A stretch of 64,000 bases of DNA from Nibricoccus sp. (GTDB lineage Bacteria; Verrucomicrobiota; Verrucomicrobiia; Opitutales; Opitutaceae). Made by a program: the position numbers and the translations under genes. Numbering within the stretch: position 1 is the first letter of the stretch; each line of letters starts with the position of its first letter. The notes under the pieces were generated by a model. The model had not been told where the DNA came from. It was given only the letters and a program-made list of their open reading frames with translations, and did not search any database. The stretch lies in assembly GCA_047602425.1 (NCBI GenBank), contig JASGHG010000001.1, positions 1,344,001 through 1,408,000 of the forward strand. Direction: 5' to 3'. Shown piece after piece: positions 38,226 to 50,056 of this stretch.

Positions 38226-40415
38226 ATGTTCAACAACCTAAAGCTCGCCGCAAAACTCAACGGCTCGTTCATCGCCGTCGCCAGCCTCACTCTTATCCTG
38301 GGTGGTCTGGCGATTTTCAACATGCTCAAGGTCAAGTCCGTCGCCACGGTCCTGGCTCAGCAAAAGGTGCCCGCCGTCGGCATCGCCAATGAGGTCGAGC
38401 GCGACACCCAGGCGGCGATGCTGCAAATCCGCACGTATGGTTTGATCGAAGATATGGCCGCTCTCGAGAAGGGCCGCGAAAATCTCACACAGGTGAAGAA
38501 GGATCTGAAAGAGGCCTCCGCTCACGCTGAGAAATATGATCTCAAGGTCTTGCGCGCCAACGCGCAAATCGCCGGTGAAAAGGCCGCGGCCTACGAAGGT
38601 TTGATCTCAGAAACCGTCAAGGTCACCGACGAATTGCGTCAGGACAGAGAGGAAATGAACGCGGCCGCTGCTCTCTACATGAAGTCCTGCGACGATTTTC
38701 TCGAAAATCAGATGAAAGCACTCGACGCCGATCTTTCCTCGCTCGTCGGCGAAAAAATCACTGAGGAAAAAGTCAGGGAGCGCATCAAAAAAACCGCCCT
38801 CGTTAACGACATCATCGATATCGGCAATGAAGTTCGCATCGACGTTTGGAAAGCCGTCGCGAACCGCAATCCCGCACTTTTCAGGGAAACGATGAAGCGC
38901 TTCCCCGAAATCCACGCCAAGTTGGACGAACTGAAAACCATCACGCACCGGGAAGTGGATCTCAAGGAGATCGCTGAATGCCGCAAAGCCGGCGACGCGT
39001 ACCTTCAAGGCATGACCGACTTCCTCGCCAACTGGTTGGCGCGCGAAGAGCTCAGCAAAAAACGCGGCATCGTCGCCGACGAAGTACTCAAAGCCGCACA
39101 AGACACCGCGCGCTACAACATGCAGGCCACTGAGGAATCCGCGACCCACGCCGCCAACTCGCTCGCCACCGCCTCCACCGTCCTGATCGTTGGCTGTATC
39201 ATCTGTTTCGCTCTCGCCCTGAGTCTTGGAATTATCATCACCCGCATGATCACCAAGCCCGTGCATAATCTCGTCACCGGCCTGGGCCAGATCGCCATTG
39301 GTGACCTCACCGCCCGGGTCGAAGTTACCTCTGGCGACGAGATCGGCAACCTCTCCGCCGCAGCCAACAAGATGGCCGAGGCCCTCGATGCCAAAGCCAA
39401 ACTCGCTTTGCAAATCGGCGAAGGCGATCTGCGTCATGACGTCACGCTCGCCTCCGAAAAAGACACCCTCGGCATCGCCCTCAAGAAAATGGTCGCCAAT
39501 CTCCGCGACGTCGTTGGCAATGTTCGCTCCGCAGCCGAAAACGTCGCCTCCGGCTCCGAGGAAATCACCGGCACCGCTCAAACCCTTTCCACGGGCGCCT
39601 CCGAACAGGCGGCCAGCGTCGAGGAAGTTTCCGCTTCCATGGAAGAATCCACCGCCTCGATCCAGCAGAACACCGAGAACGCGCGCCAAACCGACAAAAT
39701 CTCCACCAAAGCCGCGCAAGATGCCCAGGGCGCCGGCCAGTCAGTCGGCCAGACGGTGCAGGCGATGAAGGATATCGCTCAGAAAATTTCCATCATCGAG
39801 GAAATCGCCCGCCAAACCGATCTGCTCGCCCTCAACGCCGCGATCGAAGCGGCCCGCGCCGGCGAACATGGCAAGGGCTTCGCGGTGGTCGCCTCCGAAG
39901 TGCGCAAGCTCGCAGAGCGCTCGCAAAAAGCCGCCGGCGAAATTTCCAAGCTCTCCAGCTCTTCCGTCGAAATTGCGGAATCCGCTGGCCAGATGCTCGA
40001 CAAACTCGTGCCCGACATCCGCAAGACCGCCGATCTCGTCAAGGAAATCGCCTCCGGCTCGGAAGAGCAAAACACCGGTGCCTCCCAAATCAACAAGGCC
40101 ATTCAGGAGCTCGACAAGGTCATTCAGCAAAATGCCTCCGCCTCCGAGGAAATGGCCGCCTCCGCCGAGGAACTCGCCTCCCAAGCCGAACAACTCCAAA
40201 GCGCCATTGAATTCTTCAAGGTCTCCGACGAGGGCACCCGCGCCGTCGCCACCAAACGCAAGGTCGCCAAAGCCCAGGCCGCGCAAAAAGCTTCGCATCA
40301 TCTCTCGCATTCGCTCGCCAAAAAACCGGCGGACGAAAACGGCCACGGCGTCATGATCGAGCTCGACAAACCCGACCTGCCGCCGGTCGACGAGGGCGAC
40401 TTCCAGCGCTACTAA
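38226..40415 (+). CDS. Methyl-accepting chemotaxis protein (2 TM, large helical periplasmic domain, HAMP, C-terminal pentapeptide DFQRY)
   Basis: [40 protein letters not shown]. Confidence 0.96.
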   Translation: MFNNLKLAAKLNGSFIAVASLTLILGGLAIFNMLKVKSVATVLAQQKVPAVGIANEVERDTQAAMLQIRTYGLIEDMAALEKGRENLTQVKKDLKEASAHAEKYDLKVLRANAQIAGEKAAAYEGLISETVKVTDELRQDREEMNAAAALYMKSCDDFLENQMKALDADLSSLVGEKITEEKVRERIKKTALVNDIIDIGNEVRIDVWKAVANRNPALFRETMKRFPEIHAKLDELKTITHREVDLKEIAECRKAGDAYLQGMTDFLANWLAREELSKKRGIVADEVLKAAQDTARYNMQATEESATHAANSLATASTVLIVGCIICFALALSLGIIITRMITKPVHNLVTGLGQIAIGDLTARVEVTSGDEIGNLSAAANKMAEALDAKAKLALQIGEGDLRHDVTLASEKDTLGIALKKMVANLRDVVGNVRSAAENVASGSEEITGTAQTLSTGASEQAASVEEVSASMEESTASIQQNTENARQTDKISTKAAQDAQGAGQSVGQTVQAMKDIAQKISIIEEIARQTDLLALNAAIEAARAGEHGKGFAVVASEVRKLAERSQKAAGEISKLSSSSVEIAESAGQMLDKLVPDIRKTADLVKEIASGSEEQNTGASQINKAIQELDKVIQQNASASEEMAASAEELASQAEQLQSAIEFFKVSDEGTRAVATKRKVAKAQAAQKASHHLSHSLAKKPADENGHGVMIELDKPDLPPVDEGDFQRY

Positions 40416-40435
40416 ACCTCCGCCCAGCAAAACCT

Positions 40436-40933
40436 ATGAGTACCGCTAAAATCACCGAAACCGCGCGCTACCTCACCTTCCGCTTGGGCGACGAGGTCTT
40501 TGCGATCAACGTCTTCAAGGCCCGCGAAGTGCTCGATCTCTCGCACATTACTCGCGTGCCCACGGCGCCCGGCTACCTCCGCGGTGTCGTCAATGTTCGC
40601 GGCAACGCCATCCCGGTCGTCGATCTTCGCAACAAGTTCGGTCTTCCGCAGACCGCCGACACCTTGCACACCCGAATCATTGTCATGGACCTCCAAATGG
40701 ACGGCCAGACCGTGGTGGTAGGCGGTCTCGCCGACGCCGTGCACGAGGTGCTCGAGCTCGAACCGCAGGACATAAACGATCCGCCGTCGCTCGGCATGCG
40801 CTGGCGCACCGATCTCATTGTGGGTCTCGGCCGTCGTGACGACAACTTCATCATCATTCTCGATATTGAACGGGTGTTCTCAACGGAGGAACTTTCTAAC
40901 TTAATTCAAGAGCCAAGCGCCGCCACCGTCTAG
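40436..40933 (+). CDS. cheW: Chemotaxis adaptor CheW
   Basis: YLTFRLGDE.FAI, GVVNVRGNAIPVVDLR. Confidence 0.95.
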   Translation: MSTAKITETARYLTFRLGDEVFAINVFKAREVLDLSHITRVPTAPGYLRGVVNVRGNAIPVVDLRNKFGLPQTADTLHTRIIVMDLQMDGQTVVVGGLADAVHEVLELEPQDINDPPSLGMRWRTDLIVGLGRRDDNFIIILDIERVFSTEELSNLIQEPSAATV

Positions 40934-40965
40934 TGCCCCGGCGCAGCCTTTGGGGAAGGCTGCAC

Positions 40966-41817
40966 ATGCACCAAGCTGAACTCACCAATCAACAGTTCGA
41001 GGATTTCCGCTCTCTCATCTCGGACCGGCTCGGCATAAAAATGCCTCCGGCCAAGCGGACGATGCTTCAAAGCCGTCTGCTCCGCCGCGCCCACGAACTC
41101 GGCCTGCAAAACGTGCAGGCTTACCACTCCCGGTTTTTCTCCGATCCCAATGAGCAGCAGGAGGAACTGGAGCATCTGCTCAACCTGGCGACGACGAACA
41201 AGACCGACTTTTTCCGCGAGCCCGATCACTTCGACTTTCTCGCACAACAGGCGCTGCCAGCTTGGCGGGCCCGCTCCCCCGGCGGACCGTTCAAGGTCTG
41301 GTGCGCCGGTTGTGCGACAGGCGAGGAGGCTTATACCCTCGCAATGGTGCTCAAGGAGCAACAGGCCCGTGGCGTATTCGAGTTTTCGATACTGGCGACC
41401 GACGTCTCTACTCGCGTTCTCCAAAAGGCGATGGATGCCACCTACGACGAGGAGCATGCCCTGCCTATCCCCGTGCCGCTGCGCAAAAAATATCTGCTGC
41501 GCGGTCGCAAGGACAGCGACGGTCTCGTCAAGATCGCGCCCGAGGTTCGCCAGCATGTTCGCTTCGGCCATCTCAATTTCCTCTCACCGCACTACGGCAT
41601 CCGTGAAAAGTTCGATGTCATTTTCTTTCGCAATGTCATGATCTATTTCGATCGCCCCACCCAGCGGGAGATCGTGGGGAAAATGTGCCAGCTCATGCCG
41701 CTTGGCGGCTGGCTCTTCACCGCCCACGCCGAGACTTTGCACGGCCTCGACCTGCCGATCGATCCCGTCGCCGCCGCCGTCTACGTCCGCACGAAAGGAG
41801 CGCCTTCCGTCGCATGA
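40966..41817 (+). CDS. cheR: Chemotaxis methyltransferase CheR
   Basis: TTNKTDFFREP, VWCAGCATGEEAYTLAM, FFRNVMIYFD. Confidence 0.95.
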   Translation: MHQAELTNQQFEDFRSLISDRLGIKMPPAKRTMLQSRLLRRAHELGLQNVQAYHSRFFSDPNEQQEELEHLLNLATTNKTDFFREPDHFDFLAQQALPAWRARSPGGPFKVWCAGCATGEEAYTLAMVLKEQQARGVFEFSILATDVSTRVLQKAMDATYDEEHALPIPVPLRKKYLLRGRKDSDGLVKIAPEVRQHVRFGHLNFLSPHYGIREKFDVIFFRNVMIYFDRPTQREIVGKMCQLMPLGGWLFTAHAETLHGLDLPIDPVAAAVYVRTKGAPSVA

Positions 41818-42335
41818 GCAAGCTTCGTCCAGGCAATCCTCGGCATACTCCACGACTGCTTCCTCCGTCGGTCGGAAGCGAAATTCGCGAGGAAACAATC
41901 TGGGCGGGCGATATCCTCGTATCGAAAGAACAAATACGCATGACGACGGTGCTTGGTTCATGCGTGACGGTCTGCCTCTTCGACAGTCTGCATTGTTACG
42001 GCGGCATGAACCACTACCTGCTTCCCTCGCCCGGCTCCGATGGCCGCCACGGGGAATGGTCGATTCGCGAACTCCACCAGCGCATGCTCAATCTCGGCAG
42101 CCGCCCGCGAAATCTCCAGGCCAAGGTCTTCGGCGGCGGCAGCCCGCTCGCCTTTGTCAATGAAAGTTCCGGCGTCGGTCCCGACAACGCTCGCGTCGCG
42201 GGCGAAACCCTCGCCGATTTGAAAATTCCCGTCGTCAGCGAATGTGTCGGCGGGAATTCGGGTATGCGCATCTATTTCGAAAATTGGAGCGGGCTCGTCC
42301 TCGTTCGTTCGCACCGGGAGGGGCGGTCCTTATGA
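41814..42335 (+). CDS. cheD: Chemoreceptor glutamine deamidase CheD
   Basis: [32 protein letters not shown]. Confidence 0.92.
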   Translation: MSKLRPGNPRHTPRLLPPSVGSEIREETIWAGDILVSKEQIRMTTVLGSCVTVCLFDSLHCYGGMNHYLLPSPGSDGRHGEWSIRELHQRMLNLGSRPRNLQAKVFGGGSPLAFVNESSGVGPDNARVAGETLADLKIPVVSECVGGNSGMRIYFENWSGLVLVRSHREGRSL

Positions 42336-43390
42336 GCGATGCGATAAAAGTTTTGATCGTCGACGATTCCGCCGTCGTCCGCCAGACACTGAGCGACATC
42401 CTTGGCACCGATCCTGAGATCGCCGTCCTCGGCGCGGCTGGCGATCCTTACCAGGCGGTAGAACTAATGAAGGCGCAGCGCCCCGATGTCATTGTCCTCG
42501 ATATCGAGATGCCCCGCATGGACGGCCTCACCTTTCTGCAAAAGATCATGGAGCAGCACCCGATCCCCGTGATCATCTGCTCCACGCTGGCCATGGCGGG
42601 CGCTCCCGCCGCCTTGCGCGCTCTCGAACTTGGCGCGGTCGATGTCATCACCAAACCCAATCTTGGCACCCAGGAATTCCTGCTAGAATCGCGCATCACC
42701 ATCTGCGACGCCGTCAAGGCCGCTTCCCACGTGCCGGTTCACCGCCTCCAACCCAAGGCCGAGCGAAAACTTTCCGCCGATGCCGTCCTCGCCAAGGCAG
42801 GTTCCCGCCCGTCCTTCGAGACCACGCAAAAAATCTGCGTCGTCGGCGCCTCCACCGGCGGCACCGAGGCCCTCGCGGAATTTCTCACTGACCTGCCAAT
42901 GAATGCCCCGGGAGTTGTCGTCGTGCAGCATATGCCCGAACAATTCACCCGCACCTTTGCCGAGCGTCTTGATTCGCTTTGCCGCATCAGCGTCAAAGAG
43001 GCAGAGACAAACGACGTCGTTTCTCCCGGCTGCGCCCTGATCGCGCCAGGTGGCAAGCACACTCTCGTCAAACGCTCCGGCGCCCGGTACTACGTCGAAG
43101 TACGCGATGGCCCGCTCGTCAGCCGTCATCGGCCTTCCGTCGACGTCCTTTTCCGCTCCGCCGCCCGATATGTCGGCCACAACGCCGTCGCCGTTATCCT
43201 CACCGGCATGGGCAACGATGGTGCCGCCGGCATGAAGGAACTCCACGAAACCGGAGCCCGCACTATCGCCCAGGACGAAGCCACCTGCGTCGTTTTCGGC
43301 ATGCCCAAGGAGGCCATCCGCCTTGGCGGTGTCGACCAGACCCTCCCCCTTGGACAAATCGCACCCGCCGTCATGAAATACAGCCGCTAG
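42332..43390 (+). CDS. cheB: Chemotaxis methylesterase CheB (REC plus methylesterase)
   Basis: [34 protein letters not shown]. Confidence 0.96.
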   Translation: MSDAIKVLIVDDSAVVRQTLSDILGTDPEIAVLGAAGDPYQAVELMKAQRPDVIVLDIEMPRMDGLTFLQKIMEQHPIPVIICSTLAMAGAPAALRALELGAVDVITKPNLGTQEFLLESRITICDAVKAASHVPVHRLQPKAERKLSADAVLAKAGSRPSFETTQKICVVGASTGGTEALAEFLTDLPMNAPGVVVVQHMPEQFTRTFAERLDSLCRISVKEAETNDVVSPGCALIAPGGKHTLVKRSGARYYVEVRDGPLVSRHRPSVDVLFRSAARYVGHNAVAVILTGMGNDGAAGMKELHETGARTIAQDEATCVVFGMPKEAIRLGGVDQTLPLGQIAPAVMKYSR

Positions 43391-43404
43391 CAACAACCAA
43401 TATC

Positions 43405-43803
43405 ATGCAACCAAATACTCCCGCCCCGGGCGCCCCCGCCGCCAAAACCATCCTCGTCGTCGACGACTACGCCAGCGTACGTTTCTACCACGCCAATCTC
43501 CTCCGTCAGGCCGGCTACAAAACCCTCGACGCCCGCGACGGCAACGAAGCCCTCGACAAGGTCCGGCAAAATCGCGTCGACCTCATCCTTCTCGATCTGA
43601 TCATGCCGAAAATGAGCGGCGAGGAATTTATCCGCCGCCTCCGCGCCATTCCGGAATTCGTTAATATCCCGCTGCTCATCGTTTCCTCCGAGGCGGCCGA
43701 GGATAGGATCCGTCCTATTGCCGGTAGTGGTCGTTTCGGCTTCGCCATCAAGCCGATTGTGCCCGGCTCCCTCTTGGAATCCATTCGCAAGCTGATCGCC
43801 TGA
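43405..43803 (+). CDS. Single-domain response regulator (CheY-like)
   Basis: ILVVDD, LILLDLIMP, VSSE, IKP. Confidence 0.88.
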   Translation: MQPNTPAPGAPAAKTILVVDDYASVRFYHANLLRQAGYKTLDARDGNEALDKVRQNRVDLILLDLIMPKMSGEEFIRRLRAIPEFVNIPLLIVSSEAAEDRIRPIAGSGRFGFAIKPIVPGSLLESIRKLIA

Positions 43804-43808
43804 AGACC

Positions 43809-45857
43809 ATGCCCGTTGCCCCACCATCGCCCCGTCAGTCCTTTCCCTGGCTTCTCCACGCCAGGCGCTTGGGACTTTGCGTTCGGCAGAAAGCAGGGCC
43901 CTTGGTTAATCGTATTTTTCGTGGGAAAAACGGTGCCGCCTCGGGCGACCCGGTGACTGACGTGCTGGCTCTCCTTCCGTCGGTGGAATCGAATCGCGCC
44001 AACTTGCTCGATTTCGGCAAGGAGACCGATGCCGAGTTCACCGAACTCGCTCAGGGACTCTCCGAACTCAACACGCGCTTTTCCAACATTCGCGAGCAAG
44101 CCGAAGCGCTCGACACGATCCTCCATCAACGCGACAAGGAAAACATTCTCGCCGCCGCATACCAGGTCTACCGAAGCTCCGTGGATCTCGTACATGCCAG
44201 CATGGGCATTGCTCTTTCCGAGCAACAGCAGATGGAACAAGTCGAGTCCGCGTTGACCCACGCCTGCCGCGTTCAGGAAACATTTAACCGCAACAACCTT
44301 CTCCTGCGCATTCTCACCATGAGCATTCGCATGGAGGCCTCGCGTATCGACTCGGAAAACCGTGCCGTCTTCCTAAATGTCGCCGCCGCCATAGCGGAAA
44401 TCGACAGCAAAATCGCCCAAACCACCGCCGCCGCCTTCAACCGCATTGAACAGGTCATTGAAGAGGCCCGCCAGGAAAGACATGCCCTCCACGGTCTCGA
44501 ACAAAATCTCAAATCCCGCGCTCAACAAAGCATCGACAAGTTACAGGGCGAATTGGCCGGCTACAAGGAGTCGCTCCTTCCCTGCGCCGACCTTTCCTGC
44601 AAAATCGGCGAACTCTTTGCCCAGACCGGCCCACTCACGCTCCAGATCGTCACTTCGCTGCAATATCAGGATATCGTTCGCCAGCAGCTTGAACACGTCG
44701 CTTTCGGTTTCGGCGACATCACCAGCCATCTTCACGACCTCCAGGGCTCTTGCGGTGAAAATACTCAACCCGAACTAGGCTTTATCCACCACGCCGCAAG
44801 CGTCCAGCATGCGCACCTTGCCTCCTCTCGCGAAGAAATTGAAAAGGCGGGCCACAATGTCGCCGATGGCATCAAGCAACTGCTCGCCCTCGGCCAGATC
44901 CTTATCGGCCATTTCAACGACATGGAGAAGGCCGCACAAACCGTTTTCGGTCACGCCAATATTTCCGCCCTTTTCAAGCACGAGATCCACCAACTCGCCC
45001 TCATTGCCGACCAAAGCGAAAAGGCCAACGCCAAGATCTCCCTCCTCGTCGAAAAGATCGACGATGTCGTTCGCGTTTTCTCCCGGGAAATCACCGCCCA
45101 CGAATTCGAGGTCAAACTCGTCTCCCTGAACGCGCAAATCGCCGCCGCCCGCCTCAGCTCCGCCGAAGCCCTCAATAAACTCGCCGAGGAATCCAGCCTC
45201 GCCGCCACGTCGAACGCGGCCGCCACTGAGGAACTCACCCGCGAACTTCAAAACTGCCTCTCCCAACTCCAGGGCATCAAAAACGACGCCGACCAGTTCA
45301 TGGAAATCGTCACCCAGGAGAAAACCGAAATGGAGAAAAACGCCGCCAACGTCAGCCAACAACTCGCGCTCCTCGGCGAACGAATCGGCAGCCGTTCCAG
45401 CGACGTGCGAAAACAATTCTCAACCATTCATGAGGCCCAAAACGAACTCCTTTCCCGTTTGCGCTTCAGTGAACTCATTGACGCCACTTACCAGCCGGCA
45501 ATCGTACTCTGCGACAACCTTCGCGCCGCCACTCGTGCTTACGCGCTTCCCGAGGATCTTACCGAGGAAGGCCACCGCAAGCTCACTGCCCACCAAAGCC
45601 GTTATACGATGGAAAGCGAAAGTGAGCTCCATGCCAATGCCCTCGGCCAGACCAAAACCGCCAAAATAACACAAACCGGAAGCGGCGCGGGCGATATCGA
45701 TCTTTTCGACACCGTTTCCGCTGAGTCTTCGCAAATTCCAGAGATCGCTGCCCCAACTACATCTCCGGAGGAGACGTCCGTGCAGTCCGACGCCGCGCCA
45801 ACGCCCGAAAGCCGCGACAAGAAAGAGGACCTCGGCGACGGGATTGAACTTTTCTGA
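43809..45857 (+). CDS. Soluble MCP-like coiled-coil chemotaxis protein with two degenerate signalling-tip repeats
   Basis: LRILTMSIRMEASRI and VKLVSLNAQIAAARL, LQYQDIVRQQLEHV, SRYTMESE...H, C-terminal DLGDGIELF. Confidence 0.7.
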   Translation: MPVAPPSPRQSFPWLLHARRLGLCVRQKAGPLVNRIFRGKNGAASGDPVTDVLALLPSVESNRANLLDFGKETDAEFTELAQGLSELNTRFSNIREQAEALDTILHQRDKENILAAAYQVYRSSVDLVHASMGIALSEQQQMEQVESALTHACRVQETFNRNNLLLRILTMSIRMEASRIDSENRAVFLNVAAAIAEIDSKIAQTTAAAFNRIEQVIEEARQERHALHGLEQNLKSRAQQSIDKLQGELAGYKESLLPCADLSCKIGELFAQTGPLTLQIVTSLQYQDIVRQQLEHVAFGFGDITSHLHDLQGSCGENTQPELGFIHHAASVQHAHLASSREEIEKAGHNVADGIKQLLALGQILIGHFNDMEKAAQTVFGHANISALFKHEIHQLALIADQSEKANAKISLLVEKIDDVVRVFSREITAHEFEVKLVSLNAQIAAARLSSAEALNKLAEESSLAATSNAAATEELTRELQNCLSQLQGIKNDADQFMEIVTQEKTEMEKNAANVSQQLALLGERIGSRSSDVRKQFSTIHEAQNELLSRLRFSELIDATYQPAIVLCDNLRAATRAYALPEDLTEEGHRKLTAHQSRYTMESESELHANALGQTKTAKITQTGSGAGDIDLFDTVSAESSQIPEIAAPTTSPEETSVQSDAAPTPESRDKKEDLGDGIELF

Positions 45858-45863
45858 CGACCG

Positions 45864-48800
45864 ATGAAATCGCGCATTCTCATCATCGAAGACGAACCTT
45901 TTTACGCCGCCATTTTGATGCAGCAGCTAAGGGAGCTCGGTTATGACACCGCCGGTCACACAACCAGCGGCGAGCAGGCCATTGCCCTGGCGTCACCGGG
46001 AAAATTCGATCTCGCCTTCGTCGACCTGCGGCTGGATGGCGAACTCGACGGCATCGATACCGCCCGTCTCCTCCGCGACAAATCTGGCCTCGAGTCCGTC
46101 CTCATGACGGGCACAACTGACCAAAATCTCATTGAACGCGCTCTTGCCGCCCAACCTTACGGATTCCTTTCCAAGCCGTTTCATCCCCAAGCGCTCAAAC
46201 TTTCCGTCGAGATGGCTCTTCAGCGCCTCCGCGCGGAGTCGACTCTCCGCGAACGCGAAGAACAACTCGTGACGGTGCTCAAGACCTCCATGGACGGCTT
46301 CTGGACCGTTTCCTTCGAAGGCCTGATCCTCGACGTCAATGATGCCGCCTGCCAGATGACGGGTTACAGTCGCGAAGAGCTGCTTATGATGAGCATTTCG
46401 CAACTCGAATATGGTCGAACACCCGAACAGATCGCCACCGGCTTGGAATTGGTGATCAAGCAAGGTTCTGTGCAAATCGAGCGTCTTGCCCGCTGCAAGG
46501 ATGGCCGGGTGCGCCTCATCGATATGAGCGTGACCTGCTCGCCGACGCCTTTGCGCCGACTTTACTGCTTCGGCCGCGATATCACCGAGCGGCGCATGGC
46601 GGAAAATTCCCTGCGCGAACGCGAACATCACCTCCGCGCCATCATCGATAATATTCCCGATGCGGCTTGGTTAAAGGACAATCAGGGACGCTACCTCGCG
46701 GTGAATTCCGTCTGGTGCAAATACTACAACAAGAAACCGGAAAATGTAATCGGCAGAACCGACTACGATTTTTTCCCGCCCGAACAAGCCACGGCCTACT
46801 GGCAGCGCGACGAACAAGTTCGCCAATCTCGCGAGCCTATCTGCACGGAAGTCGAGCATGCGGGTGAAAATGGCCAAATCGCGTGGCTCGAAGTGCGTAA
46901 AGCTCCGTTCTTCGATGCACAGAATAATTGCGTTGGAATGGTCGGCATTACTCGTGATGTGACTCAGCGTCGTGAAGCCGAACTCAAGCTTCAACTCCTT
47001 AAGCGCGCCGTCGAACAAAGTCCCGCCTCCATCGTCATCACAAATACAGCCGGAACCATCGAATATGTTAATCCCTACTTCGAAAAGCACACCGGTTATT
47101 CCTCCAGCGAAGCGATTGGGTCGAATCCCCGTATGCTGAATTCCGGCGAGCATCCTCAGGAGTTTTTCAAAAACCTCTGGAACACCATCATCACCGGCCA
47201 GGAATGGCGCGGCGAGATCCGCAACCGGCGTAAAGACGGCACACTTTATTGGGAACAGGCGTCGATTTCCCCGATGCGCAACGAAAATGGCGAGATCGTC
47301 AACTTTGTCGCCGTCAAGGAAGACATCACCGATCGCAAGAATGCCGAACTCACCATGGCCTGGCAGTCCGCCTTGGTGGAAAACTCGGTCGATATCTGCT
47401 GCGTCAAGGACCTCAACCTTCGCGTGCTCACTGCCAATCAGGCCATGGCACGTGCCGCCGGTTTCGATACTCCGGAACAACTTATCGGCAAAACCGACGC
47501 GGAAATTTTCCGCAAGCCGTTCAACTCCGAGGAAGCGCGCATCTACATGGAGGACGACCTCGCCACCCAGCTTCTCCAGCCCGGCCAGGTGCTCGTCCGC
47601 CAGGAAAAATTCCATAGCCCCGATGGCTCCGAAAAGTTCCTGCTTACGCGCAAATTTCCCGTTTTCAATCGCGAACTAAAACTCATTGCCACCGCCAATA
47701 TTTCCACCGACATCACCGATGCCAAGCGCTCCGAGCGCGAGCTCATCCGTGCCCGCGACGAAGCCGAGGCGGCCAACCGCGCCAAGAGCACGTTCCTCGC
47801 GACCATGAGCCACGAGTTGCGCACGCCGCTCAATGTCATCAATGGCATGGCCGCCATTCTCGCCCAGTCCAGCTGGCCGCCCGAGCAACAACACGCCATC
47901 GAAATGATCTCCGAGGGAGGCAACACGCTCCTCACCATTATCGAGGAAATCCTCGATTACTCCGGCCTGCAGGCAGGCAAAACCAAACTCGAGCTCGCGA
48001 CGTTTTCTCCCCTCAGCGTTGCCGGCAACGCCCTCCGGTTGTTTTCGGCCACCGCACTTTCGAAGGGCATCGTTATCACCTGCGCCTTCGATCCCAATAC
48101 GCCCGCTGAGGTGATCGGCGATCCACGCCGCCTTCAACAGGTGCTCGTCAATCTCCTTCAGAACGCCGTCAAGTTCACCGAGCGCGGTCGCGTCCATCTC
48201 AAGCTCAGCGTGACCGCGGAAACCGCGCAGGATTACACGATCAATTTCATGGTGCTCGATACTGGCATCGGCATCACACCCGAGAGCCTCAGCCGACTCT
48301 TCCAGCCCTTTACCCAGGCTGACGGCACCATCACCCGGCGTTTCGGAGGCACGGGTCTCGGCCTCGCCATCTCCAAGTCTTTCATCGAACTCATGGGCGG
48401 AACCATCTCGGCCCGCAGCCGGCATGGGCGCGGCTCCGCCTTCAGCTTCTCGGTAAAACTATCCGCCACCGCCAACCGCTCAACCGCCTTTGCCTCGCTC
48501 GCCCAACCTGTTTTCCGCGGCCGCCGGGTGCTCGTTGCCGCGCGAAAGGGCGCTCAGCAACGCACTCTGCTCGCCCTCCTGCGGTCCTGGCAAATGGCGC
48601 CCGAAACCGTTGATCTCAGCGCGCATCACGACGGGGTACCACCTTTTGATGTCGCCGTCCTTCCGGCGCCACCCGTAGACGGCGCAGCACCCGCGCTTCT
48701 CGATCCTGCTCTCCCTGTCGTTTGGTTCGGACGCAAGGAAAACTCCGTTGCGCAAAATTCCCGGGCGCGCTGCATCGGCACAGCGCTCGATGCCACTGCC

Positions 48801-49736
48801 CTCGCTTCAACCCTTGCGGAACTGTTCGCGCATCCAATCTCGAGCGCCGCACAATCGTCCCAACCTGCGGAAACAGCGCCTTCAACCAAACTCGTCCCGC
48901 CGTCCATCTCGATTCTCGCCGCAGAAGATAACCGAACTAATCGCGAAGTCATAAAACTCGTTCTCAACCATCTCGGCTATACCGCGGACTTGGTCATCAA
49001 CGGAGCCGAGGCCGTTGAAGCCGTCCAAAAGAAACGCTACGACCTTCTTCTCCTGGACGTCCAGATGCCTGTCATGGACGGCCTCACCGCCGCATCGGAA
49101 ATCTGCCGCCTCTTCCCCGATCCCGCAAAACGCGTCCGCATTGTCGCCCTGACCGCTAACGCTCTCCCTGGCGACCGTGAACGCTGCATCTCTGCCGGCA
49201 TGGATGACTACTTGAGCAAACCCATCCTTCCCGCGGAACTCCATGCGTGCATCCAGCGTCATTTCGGCAAAACTCCCGGAGGCAATGTGCCCAAAACTGT
49301 CGCCCCCGCCACACCGGCTCAACCGTCCCGATCGGAACCCACTCCCGCACCTCTGATCGATCGGTCCCATCTCCAGACGATTACCGCAGGCATGACTTGC
49401 GAACAGGTCATCGAAACCCTCACTCACCTCCACGGCTCCGTTTGTACCGATTTTTCGGATACATTTCCGCTGATTTCAAAAATCTGCATCGCCCGAAACC
49501 AAAAGCAATTCGCCGAAACCATCCATGGACTAAAAGGTTGTTTCATGATGACAGGATGGACCCGCGCCGGAAAACTCTGCGCCCAGGCCCTCGCCGCCGC
49601 GCGTCAGGACAACTTTTCAAACTGGGAGAAATTTCCCAACGAATTGCAGGAACTTTATGCCATCTCCAATCAGGCCATGACCGCTCACCTCTCCCTCCTG
49701 CAAACGCAGAATAAAGAATGCGGAATTAAGAGTTAA
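45864..49736 (+). CDS. Hybrid (unorthodox) sensor kinase: REC-4xPAS-HisKA-HATPase-degenerate REC-REC-Hpt, soluble
   Basis: FLATMSHELRTPLN, NLLQNAVKFT, GGTGLGLAIS, LLDVQMP, Hpt IHGLKG. Confidence 0.92.
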   Translation: MKSRILIIEDEPFYAAILMQQLRELGYDTAGHTTSGEQAIALASPGKFDLAFVDLRLDGELDGIDTARLLRDKSGLESVLMTGTTDQNLIERALAAQPYGFLSKPFHPQALKLSVEMALQRLRAESTLREREEQLVTVLKTSMDGFWTVSFEGLILDVNDAACQMTGYSREELLMMSISQLEYGRTPEQIATGLELVIKQGSVQIERLARCKDGRVRLIDMSVTCSPTPLRRLYCFGRDITERRMAENSLREREHHLRAIIDNIPDAAWLKDNQGRYLAVNSVWCKYYNKKPENVIGRTDYDFFPPEQATAYWQRDEQVRQSREPICTEVEHAGENGQIAWLEVRKAPFFDAQNNCVGMVGITRDVTQRREAELKLQLLKRAVEQSPASIVITNTAGTIEYVNPYFEKHTGYSSSEAIGSNPRMLNSGEHPQEFFKNLWNTIITGQEWRGEIRNRRKDGTLYWEQASISPMRNENGEIVNFVAVKEDITDRKNAELTMAWQSALVENSVDICCVKDLNLRVLTANQAMARAAGFDTPEQLIGKTDAEIFRKPFNSEEARIYMEDDLATQLLQPGQVLVRQEKFHSPDGSEKFLLTRKFPVFNRELKLIATANISTDITDAKRSERELIRARDEAEAANRAKSTFLATMSHELRTPLNVINGMAAILAQSSWPPEQQHAIEMISEGGNTLLTIIEEILDYSGLQAGKTKLELATFSPLSVAGNALRLFSATALSKGIVITCAFDPNTPAEVIGDPRRLQQVLVNLLQNAVKFTERGRVHLKLSVTAETAQDYTINFMVLDTGIGITPESLSRLFQPFTQADGTITRRFGGTGLGLAISKSFIELMGGTISARSRHGRGSAFSFSVKLSATANRSTAFASLAQPVFRGRRVLVAARKGAQQRTLLALLRSWQMAPETVDLSAHHDGVPPFDVAVLPAPPVDGAAPALLDPALPVVWFGRKENSVAQNSRARCIGTALDATALASTLAELFAHPISSAAQSSQPAETAPSTKLVPPSISILAAEDNRTNREVIKLVLNHLGYTADLVINGAEAVEAVQKKRYDLLLLDVQMPVMDGLTAASEICRLFPDPAKRVRIVALTANALPGDRERCISAGMDDYLSKPILPAELHACIQRHFGKTPGGNVPKTVAPATPAQPSRSEPTPAPLIDRSHLQTITAGMTCEQVIETLTHLHGSVCTDFSDTFPLISKICIARNQKQFAETIHGLKGCFMMTGWTRAGKLCAQALAAARQDNFSNWEKFPNELQELYAISNQAMTAHLSLLQTQNKECGIKS

Positions 49737-49757
49737 ATTTCCACCAATACGCAGCCC

Positions 49758-50045
49758 ATGCCTTTCACGCTTCACCTCGATGGCTCCTGCCTCCAAGTCA
49801 CCCTCTCCGGTGAACTCAACATTGCGCAGGCTCGCGAATTTGCAGACGCACTCAAACCGGCCCTGCAACCGGAATGCACCCTCGCGATCGACGCCTCTGA
49901 ACTTTCCCGACTCGACGCCGCCATTTTGCAAATTCTCCTCGCCGGCACCCAATTCGCCGCCGAAGCGACCCTCGTTGCCGCCAGCCCCGCTTGGAAAACC
50001 GCCTTTTCCCGCTACGCCTCGCCTGATCCATTCCGTATTCTCTAA
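49758..50045 (+). CDS. STAS domain protein
   Basis: LSGELNIAQA, IDASELSRLDAAILQIL; typical STAS-cheY-cheA arrangement. Confidence 0.85.
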   Translation: MPFTLHLDGSCLQVTLSGELNIAQAREFADALKPALQPECTLAIDASELSRLDAAILQILLAGTQFAAEATLVAASPAWKTAFSRYASPDPFRIL

Positions 50046-50056
50046 AACCACCCGCC